A DNA stretch of 62,951 nucleotides, the filler included, from Chlamydiia bacterium (lineage in GTDB: Bacteria > Chlamydiota > Chlamydiia > Chlamydiales > FEN-1388): the NCBI GenBank assembly GCA_903848235.1. It is 5 parts of 5 records of this genome, joined end to end, with 100 filler letters (N's around TTAATTAATTAA, not from the genome) between each part and the next. Parts side by side here need not be neighbours in the genome. Positions count along the whole stretch, not along the records: positions 1 to 17,320 come from CAINFV010000094.1; positions 17,421 to 19,197 come from CAINFV010000095.1; positions 19,298 to 50,746 come from CAINFV010000096.1; 2 more parts are not named here. One strand, written 5' to 3'. The translations under genes and the position numbers were made by a program. Below, in pieces: positions 10,277 through 20,392 of the stretch. The notes beneath the pieces are model-generated. The model made no database searches, was not told where the DNA came from, and saw nothing but the letters and a program-made list of their open reading frames with translations. Position 1 is the stretch's first letter, and each line of letters begins with the position of its first letter.

Positions 10277-10483
10277 CCCCTATTACCCATAAGTGTTGAA
10301 AAATTCGTTTTGGAATGGTCGTGGAAGGCTCTTTGAAGACTGTTTGCATGGCAAATGTTCGAACAAAGAACCATCCTCAACGGAATTTTAGCAAAAAAAT
10401 TCTAGATTTTTTCTGAACCACAGAGATCACAGAGCACACAGAGACAAGAGAACTTCGGATGCGTAGGCGTTCCCCACCGCTCT

Positions 10484-12283
10484 TCACTCTCCAGACAATT
10501 CTGAGAGATGATGGGAAACTCCTTCTGCTGACAGCGGTTCGATTTGTGCTGATAAAGACAGCTTCCCTGTTTTAGCGCCGTTTTCGGAGGGCTCTGGGAT
10601 GGCGACGGTGAAGAAGGGGACGTCTTTCATCAGAGGCTCTTGTGTCCATGCGCTGATCAGAGGGTGGGCATAGTGGGAGAGGGTTCGTTTTGAGCAGAAG
10701 ATGGCGATAGAGATGCCGCGTTCTATGGCATGACGAATTTTCTCTGCCGACTCTCCGGTAGGGGCTATTTCGTGGATGTCATGGAGCTCGAGGATAGGAA
10801 TCATCCGGCGCATGATGTTGGCTGGAAAAGGTGGTGTTGTCTGCGGGGAGAGGGTGAACAGCCGCATCCGTCGTCGCTGTGAGCCGAGGAGGACGGCAGC
10901 CCATGGCCAGAACGACTGCGGGACGAGGAAAATCGATGGCTTATCGGCAGAGACCTGCTCTTTGCCCTTCAGATATGCTGGGAAGAAAAGGTAGCTTATG
11001 ACCAAAGAGCAAAATCGGATGACATACCCAGACATGGAGATAGAGATAGCTGTTGCCATGAGAAGGGTGACAATGCCAACGACGGTAAACCCCTGATCTG
11101 GGGTTAGGCCAACAATTTCGCTCAGCACATACATGGCCATCGCTGACGTCAGAACGCCGCAAAAGCCGAGGACATTTCCTGTAGCGACGATCTGCCCTCT
11201 ATGGGTTTTGGGGCTTGCCACTTGGATATAGGAATCTAGGGGGACGAGGTAGATGCCTCCGAATAGCCCGATGAGAAAGACGAGGAAGAGAACTGTCGTC
11301 AGAGAGTCGGAATAGTAGTCGAGGCAGATGCAGGAGATGGCCATGCCAATGCCTCCTAGGGGCACTAAGCCAAATTCAACAGCCTTTCCAGACAGATTTC
11401 CGGCGATGAGAGATCCCATCCCAATGCCGAATGCTGTAAGGAGGAACATATACCCTCCCTGGACGTCAGAGAGGTGAAGGGTCTTCATGGCAAAAGGAAT
11501 CATATTGAGCTGGACGTAGGAGCCGACGAAGAGAAAGAAGGCGGAGCCTAGGACGGCGGAGAGCAGTGAGGGCTCATTTCTGATGATGCCGATATTTTCA
11601 ATAATCTCGGTGAAAAGCCATGGGGTGACTTTTTTCTCTGACCCTGCTGGCGGTGTTTTTTGGATATAGAAGCTTGAGATAATGGAGATCAGGGAGAAGA
11701 TACAGCAGAAGATAAGGGCGATGATAAAATTTCTGTTGGTGATATCTGCGAGGAAAGATGCCAAAAATGTACCGACGATGATTGCGACGTAGGAAAACGA
11801 TGTGAGGATGCCATTGGCCTGTGAGATATCGTCTTTGGGGACGATTTCAGGGACGATACCGTATTTACAGGGGCCGAAGATCGCGCTGTGTGCCGCTAGG
11901 AGGAACAGAGCGGTAAATGACAGAAGCTGACTTTGCAGGGCGAAGGCAATCATCCCCAAGAAGAGAACGACGATCTCAGCGATCCTCGTAGCGACGATGA
12001 TTGACCGTTTGCTGTATCGATCGGCGAGGATGCCCGCGGTTGTTGACAAAAGGATGAAGGGCAAGACGTATACAGCGCCAGCAAGGGAGAGGATTCTGTT
12101 GCTGGATGCTGCGCCTTCGAGTTGGATGAAGCAAAAGGCAAGGAGGAGTTTGAAGGTGTTGTCATTCATCGCCCCGATGAACTGAGCGATGTTGAGGTAT
12201 CGAAATGAGGCCCATTCTCGTGTCGGCGGCGCACTTGTCGCGCTGCTGGTCCCTGTGTCTGGCGTGTTTGGATTCACAAACAT
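10484..12283 (-). CDS. LplT/Aas-type MFS lysophospholipid transporter fused to a degenerate acyltransferase-like domain
   Basis: QFIGAMNDN.FK, GILADRYSKR, SAIFGPCKYGIVPE and ANG motifs with about 12 TM helices; short C-terminal soluble domain. Confidence 0.85.
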   Translation of the reverse strand: MFVNPNTPDTGTSSATSAPPTREWASFRYLNIAQFIGAMNDNTFKLLLAFCFIQLEGAASSNRILSLAGAVYVLPFILLSTTAGILADRYSKRSIIVATRIAEIVVLFLGMIAFALQSQLLSFTALFLLAAHSAIFGPCKYGIVPEIVPKDDISQANGILTSFSYVAIIVGTFLASFLADITNRNFIIALIFCCIFSLISIISSFYIQKTPPAGSEKKVTPWLFTEIIENIGIIRNEPSLLSAVLGSAFFLFVGSYVQLNMIPFAMKTLHLSDVQGGYMFLLTAFGIGMGSLIAGNLSGKAVEFGLVPLGGIGMAISCICLDYYSDSLTTVLFLVFLIGLFGGIYLVPLDSYIQVASPKTHRGQIVATGNVLGFCGVLTSAMAMYVLSEIVGLTPDQGFTVVGIVTLLMATAISISMSGYVIRFCSLVISYLFFPAYLKGKEQVSADKPSIFLVPQSFWPWAAVLLGSQRRRMRLFTLSPQTTPPFPANIMRRMIPILELHDIHEIAPTGESAEKIRHAIERGISIAIFCSKRTLSHYAHPLISAWTQEPLMKDVPFFTVAIPEPSENGAKTGKLSLSAQIEPLSAEGVSHHLSELSGE

Positions 12284-12481
12284 GAGGCTCTGTCCGGCGT
12301 TGATTTTCTGTTAAAGTCCAGTGGAAAAGAATAAGCTGAATCGTTTTGAGTTATTTTTTTTCAGTTCCTACTGTATTCCTTGCCACAAGATCTGTTTACC
12401 GTTCACCCCTCTTTAAGGTAAACGCGTATTTTGAGCCAATGGTGGGCGCGAAAACCCAAGAAGAACACCACCATTTCTGTA

Positions 12482-12645
12482 TATACCTCTTCTTGTTCGA
12501 GAATCGGATTTCACACTTAGAAAAAGCTTCGGGATTCGATCGATCAAAAAGGGACCCATATTGCAATATTGGCCCCTTTTTGATCGTCGAATCGCGAGAG
12601 CTTTTTCTTAAGCGTCAAACCGATTCGTGAACAAGAAAAGGTATA
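12482..12645. repeat. Palindromic MITE-like element, family B (full copy, 164 bp)
   Basis: TATACCTCTTCTTGTTC...GAACAAGAAAAGGTATA terminal inverted repeats; imperfect palindrome along its whole length. Confidence 0.85.
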
Positions 12646-12788
12646 GTTCCATTCGTGCCGAGAATATGTCGAAATTCGGTGTTAAGCGCAATCTTGACGT
12701 TGAGAACTTTTTCTCAATATGTGTAATTGTCGGATAACCCAAGAAGGAGTATATAAAAATTTAGATTTTTCATCTGCGAGGTAGCCCT

Positions 12789-15700
12789 ATGTCTTTATCA
12801 GACTTGTCCCCTGTCAACGTCGATCCAGCTACTGTGAATAGACTATGGGACGACTTTGGGGGGAAAAAAATTCCAACAAGAATAGATGCAGGCGTGCAGG
12901 GTATCTTTGGCAGGATCGCCGAAGAGTGCAGGATTGTCATTTACAAGGGAGATTTGTCTAATTTCGACAATGTCCGAGTTCGTGCGAAAAAAGACGGGTG
13001 GATAACTTGGTTTTTGGATCGGGTGCTTGGGCGTAAACCTGAAGAAGCGAAAGAAGGGCAGATCAAACAAATCTTTGATGGCGTGTCAGTGGCACTAAAC
13101 AAAGCTGATATGGAAAGGAAGGGTTTGCCTTCAGCTTCCGCAATAAAACCGACAAAACAACAAACGGAGATTTCAGAGAGGATTACGAAGCTTGAGCATC
13201 TCAAAATAATTCTAGAAACGAAGTTTGGTTATCTGAAGGAGGAAGCTAAAGAAGAAGCTCCTAAGCCACCTACGCTACTAAGGGAGCCGGTACCTGAACA
13301 CCTGGATGAAAAAAAGAAGCAAGAAGGAAAAGAAGCAGTAGATACTTCTGGGCCCTCCCTGCTACCAGGGGGGGAGGCACCTCCAATCCCTCTGGGGGCA
13401 GCGCCTCTCCCCCCGGGGATCGTTCGAGAAGAAGAAAGGGCTACTATACTACCTCCACCAGGTTTCGCGGCTCCTCTACCCCCTAGGGAAGAGCTAGATC
13501 GAGTTGCGGAAGCTCTTGGGACGCCACCACCCCCTGGTGGGCTTGAGCTTGCAACCTCTGTGGTGGTGGATTCTTCCCTTGCCGTGAACGTTGAGGAAGG
13601 AGGTAAACCACCGCCGCCACCACCGCCGCCACCGCCACCGCCGCTACCGCATGGCGGGCGCTTAGCTGGGAGCGGTGTTTCTGTGGTAGATTCAAAGGGG
13701 GAGGCAGTTCCTAAAGCTAAACCTCAACAATCGCCCGAAAAATTAGCTTTTATTACTGAAATTGAACTAGGAGTCAAAAAGAGGCAAGCTGCGCGGGCTG
13801 TTGCTGAAGGCGTAGGAGAAGCTCGGGGAACTGTTGCAGAAGAAAAATATAGAGAGGGCATCAAGGAGATCATTAAGAAGGGGACACTACCTGAGAACAT
13901 CAGGGCACTTGGACTTATGAGATCGATGCATATATTCGGACAAAAAAAGAAAGAAATTAAAATTAGTAAGGATTCATTAGATACGATAGTTGACGATCAA
14001 GAGACGAGAGGGATTTTTTGTTCAATATTTGGCCTGACAGATGCCCAATATATGATTGCAGCTAAGTTGGCATATTCTGTAGATACAGAAAAACTAATGA
14101 ATATTTTCGATGATTACATGAAGTCTGAAGTCGATGATATAAGAGCGGCACAAAAACTGAAGAAATTTGAATTTTTTCTTAAAATTCTCACAGTGGGCTG
14201 TTCCGCAGAAATGCAGGAATTAGATGGGGAAATCGCCAGTAGTGAAAAAGCGAAAAAGTATCTCGACAGAGTTTTAAGTTTCATTACTTCCATTCCCTCC
14301 CATGATATCCCAGATGACCTTGAACTTCCCGCTGCGCTTAGCGGAGAACAGGTCTCCACCTTACAAAGAGATGGGCTCCCTCGTGCTTATCAAGAATCTG
14401 TGGCCTCTCTTAAGGCGAAGCTTGTGACTTCAGAAGATATAGATGGCTTTTTCTCAGATTTGTCAGCTTATCTGGCGAAAGCGAAAGAGTCAGAACTGTG
14501 GAAATTGAAGATCAGTCAAGAGTCACAATCTCCAGATCTTCAATTATTCTATGAAAATAAAATTTATGGATTTAGAGCTGATTTTAAGTCCAAGGCCATC
14601 GAAAAAAGTGCGTTGCTGGCCGAAATGGACGAATTTATAAAACAAGCTAAATTACAAATTGAGATAGGGGAAAATTATAGAACTCTTAAGAAACGAGAAG
14701 GGATAGATGGAAAAACATTCGCGCCTCTTTTAGAATTAATTGATGGAGCTGATGAGATAATCAAAGGAGGGACAACTGCCATTGGGCCTCTAGGGATCTT
14801 AATATCTAATTTGGCACAATCCTTAGCATTTGCAAAAAAAATTCCTGTATATCTCCATTTTCTTATCCCTTCCAAAGTCTCGCGTGAAAATATTAAAGAA
14901 TACCTTGCAGTGTTAAAGGCATTAGTTACGGATCAAAGGTTGAGCACTCTCAGTCAATGCTTGAAGAAAAATGCAGAAGGAATTTCTGCCCATAAGAAAG
15001 CGCAAGCATTTGCTCTCGCAGCAAAAGAGAGTAAAGAAGGTTCTGATAAAGAGCTTGGAGTAAACTATCGTGCCTGTATTGCCGCCATTAGTTCTCTTGA
15101 AACAGCAGGGTGCTTTGGTCCGCTTGTGTTCCATCTACAGCGATTGCAAGGAAAAGCGGAAAGCGGGGAATTGTCTTGGCCCGTTTTTGCGGGTGCTGTC
15201 CGGAGTGCTTTTGAGGCAGTTGACGTAGCACTGGCAGTATCTGGAAAATTAGCATCCGGAGGCGACGCAGCGGCTATGTACAGGAAGAAGACACAACTTC
15301 AAGCTGTAAAATCATTTATTGATCTTCAAAACTACAAAACGTTGCTTGATGGGCTCAAAGATGACGTGGGGACCAAAAACATTAACGAAAAAATTAAAGA
15401 ATTTGAGGGCGCTGAATTAGCAATTAAAAGAGATTCAGATGAGGTATCGATGCTTCTTGTTAGTAAAGGCCATGTTGTTGAAGAGAAATGGGTGTATGAC
15501 AAGGGTATGCGTAGTCGGAAAGAACTGAGAGTTTTTTTCCAGGAATATGATGCGCTTTTGCAGTCGATACAAATAGATAAAACGGCTTTTTCACCATTGT
15601 TGACAGCGATTAAACAATTCAACGAGCAGCTCCAGAAAGGAAATCTTACGTATGCTGAGGTGGCAGAACGTGTTTCAAAGTATACTCGGGCGATAGAAAT

Positions 15701-17320
15701 TGCTAAAAAGGTGGATGAAAAATTATTCGTTGCGCTACCAAAAGAATTTGTGGATATCGACACATATATCTCGACTTTAGAAGCATTAAACGATGCGTCT
15801 GAAGCGTTTGTAAAAGTTGGCGCTCAAATTGAACAAATGCAGCGCGAAATTAAAAGAAGGGCGACTAGTGCAACATTAAGAGCCCCAGGCTCCCCTTCGA
15901 GCAATAGAGGTGAGCTGTTGAAAGAAATCGTTGAACCCAAAGTGGTGTTAAGGAAAACGCAAAAGGTAGAAGGGGGGAGGGGGGTGTCCTCGGCAACTCC
16001 TCTAGTGACACTGCAGCTCGCTCTTCAAAATCGATTGAAGACGGTTGTCATCCTCAAAGATAAAAATGTTGGCACGCCAGAGGAAGAGCCGTGGGGTGAT
16101 GAGACAGAGGCGACACCAGCGCAGAAGGTTAAAGAGGCTCGAACTGAGATCGAGACAGCTGCAGAATCACTCAACGCTTTTGAAGAACATGTGGCAGCTG
16201 CTTCAAGGACAGTCGCGGCTTTGAATGCCCAGGCCGACGCATTGGGTGCAGTAATACTCAAAGATGAGCCTCTGGATGTCCAGATAGCGACAGCTGCAGC
16301 AGCACGAGTAGATGAGAAATGCGAAGAGATCCTCACTGAGGCAAAGAAAGCGAAAGCTGACGCGCTACGCATTAAGGTCGAAATCGATAAACAACTACAA
16401 ATCGCACGAGCTGCTGTTGAGAAAGCTGAGTCGTCGTTAGCGCATATAGAGAAGTCAGATGAAGAAGCCACCAAAGCAGCAGTAGAATTATTGAAGGCAG
16501 CTGCTCAAAAAGCAATAGAAAGTGCAGGACAACTTTTGCAACGGCTGGCTTTGGTAGAAACTACAGCAGACGACACGAACCTAAAGGTTGCTGCGGCACT
16601 TAAAAAGTATTCCGGTCTTAAAGAACAAGCAATTGTAGTGGAAAAGGAAAAGGCTGCTGAAGAGCTGAAAAGAAAAGAGGGCGAAAAAGCCGAGAAAGAA
16701 CGAATAGAATCCGTACGGGTGGCAGTAGCTGCAGCAACCGCAAAAGTCTCGAGCGTGCAAAAGGCGTTTGACCTTCGCCGTGAAAGCTCGATACTGGCTA
16801 CGAGTGGTGCTGACGGGCGGATGGAGGAGATCGCACGGACCCGGCAATCGGTCGATGATTTTCTTAGGGAGTCAGCCCAATCTCTCGATGTTGATAAAGA
16901 GGCGCAAGCGTTGTTAGGAAATCTAACGCAAGTGAGGCAGAAATCAGGAGAAGTTCTCGAAGCCTTGAAGCGGGAAATCTCCGGAGTTCGAGTCCTTGAA
17001 GCTGAAGTTGCTGAAGCATTGAAAATCACTGAAGCCGCGGTTTTGGCTGGGCAGGCGGCGAAAGAGGCTGGCAATGATGCGGCAAAAATACGCTCCCTGG
17101 TGGATGCACTCCAGAAAGGAGTAAGCGAGATATCAAAGAGTCTGGAAGCGAAGATTGCATCAATAAACGATCTAACAATATTCGATCAACTGACGGCGCA
17201 GGTGGTCGAAAGAAAAGAAGCTGTTGCGCAAAAAAGAAAACTGGCCGAAGAAGCGGAACGAGAAAAAGCAGCGGCAGCGGCAGCGGAGGAGGTGCTTAGG
17301 GCGCAACAAGCAAAGGAAGC
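12789..17320 (+). CDS. Large putative secreted effector with polyproline tract, WH2-C-A (WCA)-like module and long coiled coil; 3' truncated by contig end
   Basis: 12-Pro run; RGELLKEIVEPKVVLRKT; PLVTLQLALQNRLKTV; EEEPWGDE; Ala/Glu/Lys-rich C-terminus; RBS GAGGT. Confidence 0.8.
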
Positions 17321-17420
17321 NNNNNNNNNNNNNNNNNNNNNNNNNNNNNNNNNNNNNNNNNNNNTTAATTAATTAANNNNNNNNNNNNNNNNNNNNNNNN
17401 NNNNNNNNNNNNNNNNNNNN
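17321..17420. other. Artificial contig linker
   Basis: N-run/TTAATTAATTAA/N-run, giving stops in all six frames. Confidence 0.99.
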
Positions 17421-19197
17421 ATCACGTTCTATCGTTCTCATGGGTTGTTTTTCAAAGTAATCACGCATGACGGCCCATTCTAAATCGAAATTCGTGCTGA
17501 AGATAATCTGTCCGGCAAAATTAACTCTACTCGTTACATCAGCGCAAAGATGTGAGGTGAAAATGCCATAAGTCGAAAAAAAGGTTTGATATTTCTCTTC
17601 GTCTCTCATCGAAAGATATCTAGAAGAAGATACAATATCGACAGCCTGCCCCAACACAGCATGGTAGAAGGCCAGCATTGCAATAATCGTCGATTTCCCC
17701 TCCCCAGTTTTAACCTGTGCAATTCGCCCTCTCACTTCCGCCGAAGGGTGCAATAGACCAAGTACTGCAATTACCTGGGTGTTGTACGGATAAATCCCGA
17801 ACTCTTTTCGAATAGCCTCTCTAGCTATGGCAAGCAATAAAGCACTCTCAGAGGAAGAAAGAGGCCGTTTTCGTGCCAGAGCCTGAATGTGCTCAACTTT
17901 CGAAATAAGCTCATCTATTCTCAAAAACCGCAACTCCTGGCCACAGGCATACACTTGGGGATAGTCGTGAAAGACAGAGCCAATCTGTGCTTTCGTCAGT
18001 GGGTCCATCTGCATTGCAATGTCATCCAGCTCCTTCTCTGGACTTTGCATATCACTCATTTCAACCTTAATTTTTTCCAAAAAAACTTCAAGTTGAACGA
18101 TCGAAATACGAGCGCAGAAGAGTCTTTGCAGTAACTCGTCTATCTTTCCACCCATCCCAGCAACAATTTTGATCTGGTGAAACACCCTGTAGAGGGCTGT
18201 ATAGCTATGCACATGTTGATAACTTACTGGGTTTAAGAGCAGAAGGAAATCACCCCTTCCCAGTAGTCCCTTAAGAACCCTTAGCTCATCAACAACATCC
18301 TTCTTTGTTTTTTTCTCTGCCGCATCTCTTCTCCATTCTATTGCAGTAAAAATTCCATCAATTCTGAAGCGTTCAAGATCATCCAACCCGTCATCTGAAA
18401 AACACTTTTTTTCAAATAAATCTACAGCCCTCTCTTCAGCCCTATGGAGAACTGCCTGCAACTTTTCGACAGCTGCCCTAACAGTTAAGGACCCCTCATA
18501 AAATCCCGTGGCAATACCAATAACCTCCGCGTCGATTTTCTTTACAGCATTCAGCTGAGAGAAAAGCTGCAACATGAGCATTACGTCTTCAAAAGATTCA
18601 CCTTCTAGGGCATAGCATGAAGGCTGAGAGATCAGTAAAAAGAAAAAAAGCCCTATCATGTCTTTGACTTTAGCAAGCACAAACAAAAACGACTCGATAT
18701 CGAGCTGAGTCGCAACAGGCGCATCACGACCAAAAAGCCGATCGCAGATCTGAATGACCCGAGAAACATGTACAGGGTCAATAGCATAGATCGAAATTTT
18801 TTCTAGAACACATTTTTCTGTCGACAGCCTTTCTGGTGCTAAGAAAGGGAGTAATTCAAAGAAAAGACCTACTGCACATCCGGCCCCACGAAAAAACTGC
18901 TGTGTCCCAAACTTCATGTATTTGGCGGTTGTCAACTCACTATTTTCTCCAACAACGGCCGGTGACAGGGTGATAGGCTGTTGTTTTAATGTTTTCAAAG
19001 CAGCTATTGATGTAGATCTCGCCTGATTACGGGGTTTAGTGCTTTTGATATATGCCTCAAGCCACTCCTTCCCACCTTCGTCAAAGTAGGGGACATCATC
19101 TACTGAGGTTGGAAGCGTTCCTTTATCCCGTACCTTCTGAAAAGACAAAAAAAGACTTACTAATTCGGAAAACTCTTCTCGGCTATAGTACGCAGGA
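17421..19197 (-). CDS. SecA-DEAD-like helicase-domain protein (non-canonical SecA-like), fragment open at both contig ends
   Basis: PYNTQVIAVLGLL, IAQVKTGEGKS (Walker A) and VDIVSSSRYLSMRD after about 430 aa of unrelated sequence; the frame stays open up to the contig edge. Confidence 0.8.
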
Positions 19198-19297
19198 NNN
19201 NNNNNNNNNNNNNNNNNNNNNNNNNNNNNNNNNNNNNNNNNTTAATTAATTAANNNNNNNNNNNNNNNNNNNNNNNNNNNNNNNNNNNNNNNNNNNN
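19198..19297. other. Artificial contig linker
   Basis: N-run/TTAATTAATTAA/N-run. Confidence 0.99.
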
Positions 19298-19408
19298 ATA
19301 GCATTGATCTCTCCTCACCTATAGTTACCACTATGGGTGAGGAGAGATCAATGCTATGCCCTTCGCCGGCACTTCGCATATCGCGATCGCGAGTTTTGCA
19401 AAAGCCTC
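19298..19408. repeat. Palindromic MITE-like element, family A (partial, cut by contig start)
   Basis: Near-perfect hairpin ATAGCATTGATCTCTCCTCACC...GGTGAGGAGAGATCAATGCTAT, followed by the same 3' arm as the 8199-8359 copy. Confidence 0.85.
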
Positions 19409-19573
19409 TGGACTTTAGCATTTTTGTGGCTTTAACGGGCCCGAGCTCCCTTTTTCAAAAGAGCTGCGCCGGTCATTTCTCTCTTGACATTCTATTGAAT
19501 ACTGCATAGCCTCTGCCCAGGGATCTTCCCGTCTGCCCTCATGCGAGGGCGGGAGAATGATGAGACTAACTGT

Positions 19574-20392
19574 ATGTCCATAGTCCATGCTTTTATACCT
19601 GTCCTTATCCCAGCCATTGAGATCTTTGCTATCGCTTTTGTTCTCTATCACCTACTGTCGTTCTTTTGGAATACACGGGCTATGGATCTCGCTGCTGGGA
19701 CACTAGTCTTTTTAGTCTTTTTTTCCCTTGCAAACTGGCTGAACTTCCCTGTGCTTCAGACCATCATGAGGTACTTCGTCAACGCTGCTGTCATCGGGCT
19801 CCTTATCATCTTCCAGCCTGAACTTCGAGTGGCTCTGTCGAAGTTGAGCATGAAAGGAAAGAAATACGAGAAGCTTACAGAATTTGATAAGTTCCTCGAT
19901 GGCCTGTGCAACTCTGTCTATCGAATGTCAGAGAGACGTATTGGCGCTATCATCATCCTCGAAAATCAAGACTCTCTAGATGAATATGCAGCAAAAGCTG
20001 TTCTTCTGAATGCGCATTTTTCTTCGGAATTGGTCGAATCGATCTTCATGAATTCATCGCCGCTCCATGACGGCGCAGTTATTGTCCGAGGCACGACAGT
20101 GTTAGCTGCAGCCGTTATCTTACCTCTGGCGGATGATACCTCTCAGATCACGCGTTCTATGGGAACGCGCCATCGTGCAGGGCTTGGAATTACACAGCAT
20201 TCAGATGCGTTGAGCATTGTTGTGTCGGAAGAGACCGGGAAGGTCTCTATTGCACGTGAGGGGATTATGACACGTGGGGTCCGTGCTGATCGATTTAAAG
20301 GAGTGCTGCGAAGTCTCTTTACCCCGCAGGAAGAGAGCTCAACAGTTCGGTCGAGATTGCAAAAGTGGTTAGGGGCATGGAGACATTCTTAA
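19574..20392 (+). CDS. dacA: Diadenylate cyclase DacA/CdaA
   Basis: Three N-terminal TM helices; IIFQPELR, SPLHDGAV, GTRHRAGLG and VVSEETG motifs. Confidence 0.96.
   Translation: MSIVHAFIPVLIPAIEIFAIAFVLYHLLSFFWNTRAMDLAAGTLVFLVFFSLANWLNFPVLQTIMRYFVNAAVIGLLIIFQPELRVALSKLSMKGKKYEKLTEFDKFLDGLCNSVYRMSERRIGAIIILENQDSLDEYAAKAVLLNAHFSSELVESIFMNSSPLHDGAVIVRGTTVLAAAVILPLADDTSQITRSMGTRHRAGLGITQHSDALSIVVSEETGKVSIAREGIMTRGVRADRFKGVLRSLFTPQEESSTVRSRLQKWLGAWRHS

Noticed and set aside
17321..17420. TTAATTAATTAA flanked by N runs (also at 19198, 50747 and 52420) as a biological repeat
   Set aside because: Identical 100-nt artificial linkers; gene adjacency across them is meaningless
17421..19197. Housekeeping secA
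   Set aside because: Long unrelated N-terminus and divergent motifs
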